A stretch of 64,000 nucleotides of DNA from the human T2T-CHM13v2.0 reference genome, Homo sapiens, in NCBI RefSeq assembly GCF_009914755.1, contig NC_060929.1. One strand, given 5' to 3'. The position numbers and the translations under genes are program-made. Shown in pieces: positions 1 through 17,479 of this stretch; position 1 is the stretch's first letter, and each line of letters opens with the position of its first letter. A model generated the notes under the pieces. The model searched no databases and was not told the DNA's origin. It was given only the letters and a program-made list of their open reading frames with translations.

Positions 1-14
1 AGTTCTATATCTAC

Positions 15-143
15 CCTTGTGCCAGAGTGTAGGCAGAACTCTGGGAATGGCACTACCATTATAGCTACAAGGGATAATGGAGGGGTGGTTCCCAATTAGA
101 AAAGGCCTTGCTGAAAAGACAACACAATCAATACCATCTACAT
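15..143 (-). pseudogene. GREB1-like segment
   Basis: MVLIVLSFQQGLF*...IMVVPFPEFCLHSGT versus GREB1 HVLVVKEYEMAIY...IMLVLPSIFNSAGV; donor AGG|gtagat. Confidence 0.6.
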
Positions 144-144
144 G

Positions 145-535
145 GTGACCTGTCTATCTTTCTTGAAAGTCTTTCCTTCTGTGGCTTCTTTGACGCTATG
201 CTCTCCTGATCTTCTCTTACCTCTCTGGCAACTTTTCCTCAATATCCTTCCAGGGCTCTCGTATTCCATGCCTCTTTCAAAAGTTAGTCTTCCAGTGGGC
301 TCCATGCTCAGCCCTCTCTTCAATTTCTACAGTCTCTTGGGTGAATGCATATAAACTCATGACTTCAACAGCCACTTCTGTGGCTAATTCTTATCTTTTG
401 CCTAGACTTTTCAACAAGCTCCAAACACAAATTTTCAATTGTCTGCCATATGTATTTTATAAACACTTCAGATGCAACATATTGTAAAGCTGAATTTATC
501 AAGTTTCTCAGAAATCTGATTACCCCTCTCTTAGT
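145..535 (+). mobile_element. L2 LINE fragment (ORF2 region)
   Basis: Pyrimidine-rich sequence tracking the L2 consensus (cttgaaa..tggcttc..ctctcctg..acctctctgg..catgacttcaa). Confidence 0.75.
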
Positions 536-544
536 CACTATCAT

Positions 545-626
545 TTCCATCACAAGCTAAAGTACATCTTAGGCCAATGCCAAAACCCTCTCTTCCCTTC
601 GTGGTTTATATTTGAGTATTGTAGAC
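545..626 (-). pseudogene. GREB1-like segment, start of the glycosyltransferase-like domain
   Basis: TTKGREGFGIGLRCTLACDG versus GREB1 PTTGRHEHGLFNLYHAMDG. The poly-T acceptor appears mutated (caa). Confidence 0.6.
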
Positions 627-999
627 AAAAAAAAATCAAAGTAAGGGTAATTCTCTACAGATCTTTAGCGTTAACTGTGAAGTTAATGTCACAGAGAACC
701 AGAGGGTTGCATGGATGTTCTAGTAGCAGGTGCGGGTTTTGGGGTGTGGGTAGGGCTTGGGGGTGAAAAGTGGCTATAATGACATTAAGAAAGAGAAGGG
801 AAGTGCAGGAAGAAGGATGGTCAGCCTCAAAAACAAACATCACTGCTTTACTACTTTGGCAGGGGCTTGCCCTTACTGATCCCAGAGCAAGCAAGGCCAT
901 GTGACACATCTCAGTAAAAATTTATGCTTGGAATATACATCCCTAGAGACTCAGAGAGGACAGAATCACAGACATTTATGAATTCAAATGAGGCACTTA

Positions 1000-1116
1000 A
1001 GATCATTATGATACTCATGAAATTTTTGCTAAAATGGGAAATGTAATAGTAATTTTAGCCAAAACTCACACAGAAGCTGTGTCAAAAGCCAAAAGTAAGT
1101 ATTCTTTGAGCATCCA
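1000..1116 (-). pseudogene. GREB1-like pseudo-exon (donor end uncertain)
   Basis: Acceptor ggcttctag, phase 1. ILTFGF*HSF then shifted frame LLHFPF*QKFHEYH, versus GREB1 LHAFAFSYSM..IQLHFIIPKSKEHH. Confidence 0.65.
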
Positions 1117-1235
1117 CTAGAAGCCCAGTTTTATGCCATATTTATTAATAGTAAATAAAAGTCAGAAGACTTGGTTATTTCTCACATGGAATGTAAATCT
1201 ACATAGGGAGATGAAATGAACAACAAATACCTCAC

Positions 1236-1376
1236 CTACTGTGTGGTCCATACATTCTGTCTCTTTTCCACATTTTCGGTTCGGCTTTCCTGAATTTGTT
1301 GCTGAGTTCTTTACATACTCTGCTGCTTGTTATTTCTGAGTGTTTTCCAAAGTTATGTCTTCTCTCATTCTCGTTT
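1236..1376 (-). pseudogene. GREB1-like pseudo-exon
   Basis: Acceptor aactttcag, donor TAG|gtgagg, phase 1 to 1. MREDITL...VKNSATN...RKCG versus PEDLYV...SKYAAYN...EQCH. Confidence 0.5.
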
Positions 1377-1384
1377 CTGAAGTT

Positions 1385-1630
1385 CACCTTCCTCATTCCT
1401 GTTTCATCTGACTAATTCCTAATTAGTTCTTTGATTAGAAAGCCTTCCAGACCTCAAGATGAATTTGGATACGTGAGATTAGAGCATTAAAAAAAGTAAT
1501 AGAAAAGCATTCACTCTGTTTTGGTTGCTAATTATTTATTTATGTTTCCCACAATGCCATGAATTCTGGGACACTGTCTTGTTCATTGTATACATGTGCA
1601 CTTGATAACTACTTGTTGAAAAAGAATGGA
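1385..1630 (+). mobile_element. L2 3' end fragment
   Basis: gggacactgtcttgttcattgtat...acttgttgaa resembles the L2 terminus. Confidence 0.55.
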
Positions 1631-2093
1631 TCATTGATTTTTTATTAAAACAATGTAGGAATTCAATAAAGAAAGTGGCACTTGAGTTTAGGCTTATAGG
1701 ACACCTAGGAAACCAAGTGATAGAGGAGACAGCAGAAGGAGCCAAAATCAGTTGACAGAAAGGACCATGGACTTGTATATGAGGATTAAAAGGAGATTTG
1801 ATTCATGTTAAAGCAAATCATTCCCAACTTGAGACCTGCAAATCCCAATGTAATAATAATGAGAACATTATTTATTTTTAACATTTCAAAAAACCATATA
1901 CAATGTTAGTGTATACTACATAGTTCCATCTATGCCATATGTACTTATGTTGTTATGAAACATTCTCAAACAATAATCATCAAAAAAGAAAAATGAAAAG
2001 AAGTAGGAGTTGAGTGAATGAAAGAAGGCTTCACTGAACACTTTCTCTGTGTTATTTTACTTAATCTTTAAAACAAATCTATTTTTCTCATTC

Positions 2094-2448
<355 letters not shown>

Positions 2449-2499
2449 TAATTAGAACTTCTGCTAAGTTAGTTTTTATTATAAAATCATTTAGAAACA

Positions 2500-2597
2500 A
2501 ATTATTTCATATGGTTTCAGCATGTATGAAAGATACTAGAGTATACCCAGGATTAAAAAGAGACAAAAGGTCATATCCATAGTAAATGTTCAGGAAA
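2500..2597 (-). pseudogene. GREB1-like pseudo-exon (donor end uncertain)
   Basis: Long polypyrimidine acceptor ending tatgttag. [24 protein letters not shown] versus FKKLPFDYIIHDPKYEDASLI. Confidence 0.65.
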
Positions 2598-2832
2598 CTA
2601 ACATACGAAGAAGAAAAAGATAAATCCTTAATTGTCAGGCTATGAAGATTAGTTGCTGTGTTCATAGAACATGTCTATTTCTGATTAAACATTTTTGAAA
2701 AATTGTTTTTCTCACCACAACAAACAATATATTTGGCTTAATGTCAATAAATTAGTTATATTTTTATTGGAACACCTGATGACCAAGACATTTTCAGTCT
2801 ATCTAGGCACAATACAAGATTTAGCAAGAAAC

Positions 2833-3003
2833 CTTTTGAAAAATTGAAATGGGCTACTTATGAAAATCTTCATGTGGGTGGGAAAAAAAGAAGTTAGAAC
2901 TTCTCTTGAAGTACGAGCTTATTTTCCTAATTGAACACAGTTTTCCGGAGAAGTGTCAAGAGAAGCACGTGACTGCTGAACTGTTCTAGGAACATGCAGA
3001 AAT
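2833..3003 (-). pseudogene. GREB1-like pseudo-exon
   Basis: Acceptor tattttgctag. FCMFLEQFSSHVLLLTLLRKTVFN*E versus GREB1 YLQFLSVLSRMLVRLTEVDVYDEE. A 1-nt frameshift at the T7 run then gives SSPF~SDPW. Confidence 0.7.
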
Positions 3004-3329
3004 CTAGCAAAATAAAGATTATAGATATTCAAATCTGCAAAGCAAAAATGTAGTTTACAGTATTCTTTTTTGAAGGAAATTATTTTTATATTTATACAGA
3101 TATACAATTTTTATTAAATATGTAAATGTGATTTTTAACATATATATTTTCAACATTATTTTCCCCCCTTTTTTACTTGTTTTCTTTTCCTCCTACCTTT
3201 ATTTTTCACATGCATGTCAGGGCACCCTGCCCTGTACCTGTCTGACAAGCCATATTAACATCCTAGTATTGTCCTTTAATATTTTTCAACTTCAGCCTCA
3301 TGTAACCTAAATCAGATATGGGTTCACAC

Positions 3330-4590
3330 ACATGTAGGATGTTTAAATATTATTTATTATATAAAAAGTGGAATTGTATAAGCACATGATTTTCTGTATC
3401 TTACTCTTCTCATTCAACACTATCTCAGGTCAACCAAGAGAAATAATTCATTCTTTGTAATAGCTGCATAATATTCCATGTTGTGAATAGCCATTTTTTT
3501 CCTACTGTTTCTTCTATTCGTGGACATTATCTTTAGTTTGAAAAATTGGCTTTTAGTTTGTTTTATCATTAAGAATAAGGCTGTTGTGGCCTTAAATAAA
3601 TACCTTATGTAGTGGTGCTTTTTTTCTAATGAATGTATTCTGAAATCTGTGATCGCTGGTTTAAAAGGTGTATGTATTTTAAATTTTAGCAGATACTACC
3701 AAATTGCTTCACAAAACAATTGCAGTGATACACACGTTTACCAACAATGTATGAGAAGGCACTTTTAATGTTCCTAACAGTGTTAAGGATTCCATTATTT
3801 GAATAAATTTTAGTATATAAAGTTATAACTATTTAACTTGAATTTCCCTGATCATTGGAAAATAATAACATTTCTTCTTATGTTTCTGGATCTTTCTAAT
3901 TTGTTCTTTCGTTATCTCTTTATCCACATTCTTTGCTTAATTTTATATTGGATTGCTTAGTTTTATCTTGCCAATTTGAAAAAAACTCTTTTATAAAATA
4001 GATATTAACATTTTTTTCATCTGTGGTACTAATATTTTTGCCCAGTTTCTTTTCAGTCAATTCACTTTACTTAGAGTAGCTTTGAATACAGGTTTTTTTA
4101 AAAAATCAAATATTTATGTTATTTTATTCCCTACAAACTCTGAGTTTCTAGTACTTGTTACTAGAAACCTAAAATTAATTTAAAATGAAACTTCCCATAT
4201 TTTTACTTATAGCTTTATAATTTTAAGTTATTTATACTCAAATCTCTAAGTCATCTGTATATGGGATATTCATGGAGTTCAACTTAATAAAATCTTTCAA
4301 TTTGAAGACATATTTCTTTTCATTTGGTATATATCATTTTATGAATGCTAACAAGTTTTATAATTTCCCATGCCATCCCAATTAAATTTGTTTCTAAGAC
4401 TTTTATGAGATTTTGTTGCTATTGTGGATAGACCATTTTTCCCATTCCAGTTCTAATGGCTTATTGCTTAAATAGAAAATAAAGACTATTGATATTGCAT
4501 GGTTTTCTTTTCTTCATCTATCTTACCAAATGCTCTAACCAATTCCATTTGTTTTCATATGAAAACCTCTTGTTTTGTAGGTAAACTGTC
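3330..4590 (-). mobile_element. Old L1M fragments
   Basis: Degenerate L1 3' region motifs (aatattccatg, accaaattgc, ccaacaatgtatgaga). Confidence 0.6.
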
Positions 4591-4743
4591 TCAATTACAA
4601 AGAATATTAAAAACATATGCGAAGCAAAGCATGCACAGAATGTATTGATAAGAAAACCAAAGTTCTGTGTGTAGTTGACTGTATGTATTTTCATGTACTA
4701 CTAGAGTTGTTTTGTATATTATTCCTGGGAAAATAAAACTGAC

Positions 4744-4865
4744 TCTGTGCTTGGTCTTCTTTGAACTAAATATAATAGAGAAATAGAAATAGTTATTGTC
4801 CATTTTCCCAGTTATCTGTTTCTGAACATTTCCAGGAAGGATTAATAGGCTCATATTGCAATACC
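4744..4865 (-). pseudogene. GREB1-like pseudo-exon (P-loop region)
   Basis: Acceptor cccttttcag, donor AGA|gtcagt, phase 2 to 1. VLQYEP...GQ*LFL versus TVPRP...RRLLL. Confidence 0.65.
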
Positions 4866-5141
4866 CTGAAAAGGGTCTTAGAGATAATTACACCAAATGA
4901 CACAAACAGAGTCAACGGAGCTTCAGTTTTGCCTTCCTAATGCAATTCAAGGTGACATTGATCAAGTTGCTTCCATCTCCTGTTTCATGAAAAAACTATT
5001 TGTGTTCAGTGGAGTCACTGTTAATAGCTTCCCTCTAGTAGTGATACTCTTTCAGAGACCTAGCAGAGAGGTCCATGTACCTTAGACATGGGTTCATTAA
5101 AAAAATGCACATGAAACCTCATCATCTTCTAGGGAATTTTT

Positions 5142-10577
<5,436 letters not shown>

Positions 10578-10751
10578 CTAGGGAATTTTTAATGAGTAAC
10601 CAAGCACAAGACAAGGAGAGAGCAGGGGATTTAAATATCTGGAGAAGCTTCAAAAACCATTGATGCACATGTACATACACACACATCACACCCATGGACA
10701 CACTTACATATGATGAGACATATTTGAGCAGAAAGTTATTGTTGTCCTCAC

Positions 10752-10897
10752 TATTCAAGGCAATAGTAGGGGCATGCAGAAGCTGATCTTTTCATTTTGT
10801 CTCCTGTGATGGTTATTTCCCACAAGATGACTTTCTGAAATTGTAGGCTCAGAAATTCTCCAAGGTATTGATGACCAACCCAAATGTGCACAGAAAT
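10752..10897 (-). pseudogene. GREB1-like pseudo-exon
   Basis: Acceptor ttaatttcag, donor ATA|gtgagg, phase 0 to 2. VILWEITITGDKMKRSASACPYYCLE* versus GREB1 [27 protein letters not shown], with the junction TAG at the Trp position. Confidence 0.7.
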
Positions 10898-11062
10898 CTG
10901 AAATTAAAATACTTATTGGAAACAGTAGCCAGGAAAAAAGGGAGTTTACTCCCAGTTGGGTTTATCTCCTTAGTTAAAACAGCTCTGTATCAGGAACATG
11001 AACTGGTTCATCACTTTGGATTCTCCAGATGAAATTGTTGACCAGGAACCCCTGGTCCTTAC

Positions 11063-11133
11063 CAATGAAACAAGTTTCTGTATTAATTCCATCATCTTTG
11101 GGTGCCTTATTACTTCAATCTGTTATTTATAAG
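11063..11133 (-). pseudogene. GREB1-like pseudo-exon
   Basis: Acceptor ttttttcag after a 96-nt intron, donor TTG|gtaagg, phase 1 to 0. YK*QIEVIRHPKMMELIQKLVSL versus YCDLRLIN...ALEQELGL. Confidence 0.7.
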
Positions 11134-11229
11134 CTGAAAAAAGTGGGTACTGACTCATGATTGTCCTCTAACAAATAAAGTTGAGAAGCATCTTATTGGC
11201 AATAATATTACTAACATGAAATCAAGTAC

Positions 11230-11332
11230 GTTTTCCAAATGATTCTCGATCTTCACTGAAGAGTTGCCATTTTTCAGTTTTCTATCCTTAGAGCTCAAGG
11301 AATAGATCTTGGAAGCTAATGTACCAAGAGTG
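11230..11332 (-). pseudogene. GREB1-like pseudo-exon
   Basis: Acceptor tcttttatag; 103 nt, phase 0 to 1. HSWYISFQDLFLEL*G*KTEKWQLFSEDRESFGK versus GREB1 RMW...QTYLELEGLPCILIFSGMDPHGESL. Confidence 0.75.
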
Positions 11333-11779
11333 CTATAAAAGACACACACATACTGGAATTTTGGCGAGATATTGTACCCTTTTGCCAGTATGCTATGTGT
11401 TCTTCAGAGTGCAGCTTCTTATAAAAGCTCTTTTGTGCCTTTTTCTTTCTAGTTTATGTTAGAGTTGATCATTTTTTCCTAGCACTACAAGTCCCAAGTT
11501 TGTGATCATTCAATGCCAAAACATTTTTACTTTTCTTATCAAAAGTTTTTTGCAATTTTTTTTGGTAGTGCCTCTTTTTTTATGCATTGAAAATAGTGAG
11601 CCAACATATATACTGCTTGTTAATTATTCTCCTGTGATCATTAATTGCTGAATGATTAATCAGAACCCATTTATTATTGCTGTTGTTTAAGTATAATTCA
11701 ACAGCACCTTTTTTATTAAGTCATTACCTACTTCATCATAATCTTTAGTCACCCTTACATCTACCAGAGTCAACATGGA

Positions 11780-12250
11780 TGTCCTAGCCTGTGTTCCCAC
11801 CGAAAGCAGAGCTTATGACAAGGGCTTATACGCAATTGGTTTATTCTGAAAACTCCAGGGAAGAGGAGAGAAGGAGAGATGGCCATTTGAAGAATCTATT
11901 GAATTGACAACTGGAGCTTGATCCCACTGGGACCCTTTGAGAAGCTGTGTAGAATGTATGGAAGCTGTACAGAATTGTTCTTCCAAAAGATGGGAAAGGA
12001 GATATATAGCCACCAATTCCAATTCTCACTGGGCACAGGTTTCCCATTAGCATTAATTTCTACTTCCAGTTTGCACAGAATTACTGCAGAGGTTTCCGAA
12101 AGCATTTCACCTGTGCCATCAGAGACACCTCATGGCAGAAAAAATATATATACATGTGCACATGGGTAAGCTTTTGCTGCAGCAAGAGCTTGCAGAGATT
12201 GAGGTGAATGAAGAGGTCATGAGGCTGGACACAAGAGGAATCTAATATAG
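11780..12250. mobile_element. MLT1-type MaLR LTR (old)
   Basis: tgtcctagcctgtgttccc...agcagagcttatgacaagggct...tttatt, typical of MLT1 termini. Confidence 0.55.
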
Positions 12251-12449
12251 TTAAAAGTTTAGTTTAAACATAAGTGAACAAATAAGTTGTTCATATAAAA
12301 TCATTGGTACTTCTACCTCTCGCATTATAGACAGCCATTCCACCTAATGGGTAACAATTATATTATAATGATTTGTATAATGATTTGTATAATGAAAATG
12401 CTTTATATTTATTTATTTCATATAAATATGCTAGTATTTCAATATGGCT

Positions 12450-13540
12450 AACATAGGATTCTTATGTTCTTTAAAGTTTAGACTTTATCCTATAACCATG
12501 GTGTGGTTATAAACAGAAAAGAAATATTATTGTATTTATATTTTAAAATAAACAGTTTGGCAATAGCAGAGAATGAATTAAACAGACTATTGCATTAGTA
12601 CAATTTATAAACTAATTTAGAACTCAGGTAGTAGCCATAAAAATGAAGAAAGGGGAAAAGACACAAGACACGTTGAGGTAAAATCATCAGGAGAATAATT
12701 AGATAAAATGATTAGGAAAAAGGATGAAGCTGAGATAACTCCAAGACTTCTGATTTGAATTGAAAGGTATATTTGAATGTCTTTCATCTCCATCTCCAAG
12801 ACTACAATCCTTCTTTAAACAGAAATAATGAGAGATAAGACCATAAACTCTCACTTAGAACACTGAAATATCCTCCTCACTGGTTTCCCTGAATCTGCTC
12901 TTCCCCCTACAAATCAGCCTCCCAACAGCAGCCAGAATGGCACCTTCAAAACATAAATTTTATTCCTTTACTACAATAATTAAATGCTCCTAAGGGCTTT
13001 TCACTGGTCTTAGAATAAGAGGAAAATACTTAACACATCTTAGAAGGGCCTACATGGTCTTGTCCTTGCTACCCTTGTAACTTTGATGACTGTCCCAGAT
13101 ATACCAATTTTTTTTCAGTCTCTCTAATATGCTAAGCTCCTTCTCATCTCAGGGCCTTTGCAGGTGTTGGAATCACTACTTGGAAGTCATCCCTTGCCTA
13201 GTTAACTGCTACTGAACTTTTTGATCCCAACTTAATTAGCAATTTATAGGGGAAGCCCTTCTTGCATTCCCCACTCCGTATCTTCCCCTCAAAGAAAGCA
13301 GGTCTTCTATTAGATGCTCCCACAGCATATTTTATTTTCCCGTCTTAGCACTTATTCCAGCTTGGAATAATTATCTATTTGCAAAATAATGTAATTAATG
13401 AGAGCCTCGCTCTCTGAAAAGTAAACTCTATACACGCAGGAACCACTATTATTTTGTTCAAAATTTTATCCTTAGTGCATAGGCTTTCATCTGACTCTCC
13501 ATGATGCTTGATTAATTCTTATTGGTTGAATACATGAATT
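12450..13540. mobile_element. L2 fragments in both orientations
   Basis: Minus fragment at about 12450-12790; plus fragment at about 12790-13540 (cagccagaatgg, ctcagggcctttgca, tgaatacatgaat). Confidence 0.65.
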
Positions 13541-13634
13541 AATGCCAAAAGGGAAGCAGGAATAATTGGAAATGTGTTTTATGTAGATTGGCTATAAGAG
13601 GCCTATAGGAGATTCAAGGGAAGATGCTTAGCAG

Positions 13635-14276
<642 letters not shown>

Positions 14277-14603
14277 TGAAGTGATGAGAGTGGTTGAGAT
14301 GGCCTAGAGAGAGAACACAGAGCAACAAAAGGCCAAAAGAGAGACCTTGAGTAAATGCCAAAAGAATGAAAAGGGATAGGAAAAAAATACAAAGTATTGA
14401 TAAGATGATTAGAAAAAGGCTAGGGAAGTTTGACATTAACAAACAAGATTTTATTCTTTTCTATTCATTTATTAATTTAAAATAAACCCATTCTTTAGGT
14501 TTTAAGTCTTAAAATGTCTGGGAGGCAATATCACTACACAGAGCCAAAGAGCATTTATTGTATTCTGTAGAAATTATCTGTTTTGGCTTGAGACCACTCT
14601 TAC

Positions 14604-14665
14604 CAGGTTCAAGATTCTTTTCTCTTCATTATATCAGAGAATAGCTTCCTTGGTACTTAGTTGAT
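14604..14665 (-). pseudogene. GREB1-like pseudo-exon
   Basis: Acceptor tcatttttag, donor CTG|gtaaga; 62 nt, phase 1 to 0. Reads QLSTKEAIL*YNEEKRILNL. Confidence 0.7.
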
Positions 14666-14951
14666 CTAAAAATGACACATTTATGGAGGAAAGAAATGGG
14701 TGAGTTTTTCACTAAATGGGGTAATGCCCTACATAAACCCCAGGATCTTTTTTTTATCAAGGAATTTTCTGCAGAAAATCAAATGATTTTGAGTGGATGA
14801 CATTTTTTTATGAATCGAATAACAGCAACAAGAAGCAGCCTGCTAAGTTTGTTTCTTATCTGATTCAATGGATTGTATTTTCATTCCTAATTGCTCTTTA
14901 TTAGCTCTGACATTTCTAGGTTTCGGGAAAACAAAAAAAATGCGTATTTAC

Positions 14952-15085
14952 TTATGGTATTGTCTACTTTTCTCCTAAGGAAAATAAATGATGGTTCAAA
15001 AGCAATCCCTGAGAAATTCATCTCCAAGGGTAGCTATCCTACCAAGTGACCATGCCCTCTGTAACCACGGCATATTGGGGATCAT
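14952..15085 (-). pseudogene. GREB1-like pseudo-exon
   Basis: Acceptor ttaatttccag, donor TAA|gtaaat, phase 2 to 1. SPICRGYRGHGHLVG*LPLEMNFSGIAFEPSFIFLRRKV versus GREB1 SPKQCPCGHGLMVLLRVPCSPLAVVAYERLAHVRARL. Confidence 0.75.
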
Positions 15086-15291
15086 CTGGAAATTAAGAAC
15101 ACACACAAAAAAGATTCCTTACATTGCTTGCTTCCAGCTGGTAAACAAACAATTAAGCCTCAGAATCAGAACACATATTCTTTAATTAGATAGGAAAATA
15201 ACAGTTGGATTATGTTATGACATTTGCTATTAATAAATAACAGTTCTCATAATTTTACAAAGAGTGGATATGACAATTCTAATTATTTTAC

Positions 15292-15478
15292 CACATTGAA
15301 AGCGCTGTATCAGAGTCCCATGGGTAGCCAGTCATCTATTTATCATGAATAATTCAGAGAACTATGGCTATAATTCTGATTCAATGCTGATTGAAAATTT
15401 AGAGTTGTTAGACAAGATTTCTACAGACTGTTCTCTTGAGTGCTATTTCTGGAATTTGTATCTTTGCATATGCAAATT
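15292..15478 (-). pseudogene. GREB1-like pseudo-exon
   Basis: Acceptor cattctttctag, donor GTG|gtaaaa. Phase 1 to 2 links the flanking GREB1-like frames. Several stops and weak similarity. Confidence 0.55.
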
Positions 15479-15838
15479 CTAGAAAGAATGTAAGCAATGA
15501 GATGGTTTTGCATTCATTAGTAAAGAACTTTCAGTTTTATCAGAGTCCACATCAACAAATACAACCTGTGTGGAACAGGACATGAAGATCATGTTCAGTT
15601 AATATTTGCTGTGCTAATTTTAAAAAATTATCATTATGAACATCTATACAATACCATCTGTCTAATAATATTATACACAGTGGGGGAAAATTCCCTTTTG
15701 GACCTTGCCAGTATTTTATAGAGCAACGGCAAGAGTCACAGTTGTTCTGGAAAATATTTCCAAGTCATAGTGACCAGAATTACAAGCTTTGGTTTGGAAG
15801 TTGCAACTACTATTTCTCTAAGTTTTCATTTACTTCTC

Positions 15839-16133
15839 TTTTTTTTTTTTTTGAGACATGGTCTTCCTCTGTCACCCAGGCTGGAGTGCAGTAGGATGAT
15901 TATGGCTCACTTCAGCCTCAACATCTGGAGCTCAAGTGATCCTCCCACCTCAGCCTCCTGTGTAGCTGAGACTACAGGTGCGCATCACCACACTTGGTTA
16001 ATTTTTTACTTTTTGTAGAGACAGGGTCTAGCTATGTTGCCACGCTAGTCTCAAACTCCTGGACCCAAGCGATCCTACTGCCTCAGCCTTCCAAAGTGCT
16101 GGGAGTACAAGGCATTAGCCACAGCACCCAGCT
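15839..16133 (-). mobile_element. Alu (AluJ-type)
   Basis: Diverged full dimer; TSD tcatttacttc. Confidence 0.93.
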
Positions 16134-16356
16134 CTCATTTACTTCAATTACAGATCACTTTATTATCTAAATCACTTTTATCTATTATAGTCTCATATAT
16201 AATCTGGAATAATTTACAAGTGTCAAACACCACATTTCAGCATTCAGCATGCAAGTCTATTTCGTGACCAATTACTTAAATAAATAAACAAAGAAAGAAA
16301 GAAAGAAATGGATATAAATAATAATGAAGTGCATGGAATGATAGACAAGAGTTTAC

Positions 16357-16518
16357 CTCCAAAGTTACAATAACCTGTTTGGACATATCCTGTGCAAATC
16401 CCTTTCCACTCAGACACATTCTGAGAGGCACTAAGTGAATTCAGAGAGGATAGAGAATGAAAAAAATTACTCATTTCAGAATTTGCTTATCTTTGACACA
16501 ATCAACATATCTGATAGC
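16357..16518 (-). pseudogene. GREB1-like pseudo-exon
   Basis: Acceptor ttgtctgtaacag, donor GAG|gtaaac. MSNFFHSLSSLNSLSASQNVSEWKGICTG..NFG aligns without gaps to GREB1 VTSFPYALQTQHTLISPYNEIHWPASCSNG..YFG. Confidence 0.7.
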
Positions 16519-16829
16519 CTGTTACAGACAAGGTACTAAAGGCAAGGCTGAGAGCATGGTCTCTGCCTTCCAGAGGCCCAGAGTCTAGACCAGTTAAATT
16601 CATGGAACTATACTCTCCAAATAAATCTACAGTTTACATGGTCTTTTATTTCACCAGCAGGCAAATTTTTGTCCCTGGGCAGCTTCCTAGAACTATTTAT
16701 AGCCTGAGAACCAATTTATTTCTTCTTAGTAGATTTCTGTTCTCCTTTGAAATCTCAGCAGTACAAACCTGATTAGCAGGGAGGCCAGGTCCAAGTATTA
16801 ATGAGATAATTATGATTGTTTTCTTATAC

Positions 16830-17012
16830 CAGGCAACCAGCGACTTCTGGCGAGGACCAGTAGGATGAAAAGCAGGAGGTCAAGGGTAAAATGCTGGTTT
16901 CCAGAATTACTTGGGCTCTTTTATATCTTCCTTGAAGAAGCAAAATCCAATCATGAAGATCACAAAGACAATAGCACACAGCAGTGGGATGAAGAGCAAT
17001 GAGTACAGAGCC
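16830..17012 (-). pseudogene. GREB1-like pseudo-exon
   Basis: Strong acceptor tttttccttctcag, donor CTG|gtataa, 183 nt. GSVLIAL~SGVLLEL; IVFVI/LHD across a frameshift ~ TLFVLIHD. Confidence 0.7.
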
Positions 17013-17089
17013 CTGAGAAGGAAAAAGGACTTGTTAGAAGTTTGTCTGTGGCCTGGCATCCAAGGTTTATGAAACTTTTTTATGCATAC

Positions 17090-17185
17090 ACCCTGGCAAA
17101 TATCTTCTATAACTACAGTGTGTTTAAAAAGAATTTTTTTCCTCACTGGGCATGTTGAGAGGTCACAAAATTCATCATGCTACCA
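17090..17185 (-). pseudogene. GREB1-like pseudo-exon
   Basis: Donor GGT|gtatgc followed by a 77-nt intron. DLSTCPVRKKILFKHTVVIEDICQG versus GREB1 DFLICIPPSEVTYQQTLLHVWHSG. Acceptor is uncertain. Confidence 0.45.
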
Positions 17186-17370
17186 CTCAGAAATACATAG
17201 AAAATTTAATTTCTTAATTTTCTTTAAATATCTTTCACTTAAGCCCAAGACATTGGTTAGTGGAAGAAAGAGACAAAATGTTCCATTTAGTTTAATGTTT
17301 ATTGAATCCATTAATTTATATACCTTTCCCTAAAATTGTGAGTGGATGGCACAAGAAGTGAATAGCTTAC

Positions 17371-17442
17371 CTTTCCCTGTGGTGTGAGTCCTCAGGAATG
17401 TTCTGGTGCCTATAAGTACCCAGCACCATGCCCTTTGTTCCC
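17371..17442 (-). pseudogene. GREB1-like pseudo-exon
   Basis: Acceptor ctgcctag, consensus donor AAG|gtaagc, phase 1 to 1. GEQRAWCWVLIGTRTFLRTHTTGK versus GREB1L [30 protein letters not shown]. Confidence 0.6.
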
Positions 17443-17479
17443 CTAGGCAGTAGGCAGTGCTAGAGTTAGCATAAGAAAA

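Noticed and set aside
11063-11332. Kinase-like look (ESFGKPYK, IRHP)
   Set aside because: No other kinase motifs are present, and the neighbouring exons fit GREB1 collinearly.
16907-17012. Apparent transmembrane exon ALYSLLFIPLLCAIVFVIFMIGFCFFKEDIKEPK, suggesting a small membrane protein
   Set aside because: Better explained as an alternative or partly shifted frame of the GREB1-like exon; no consistent upstream ORF supports a membrane protein.
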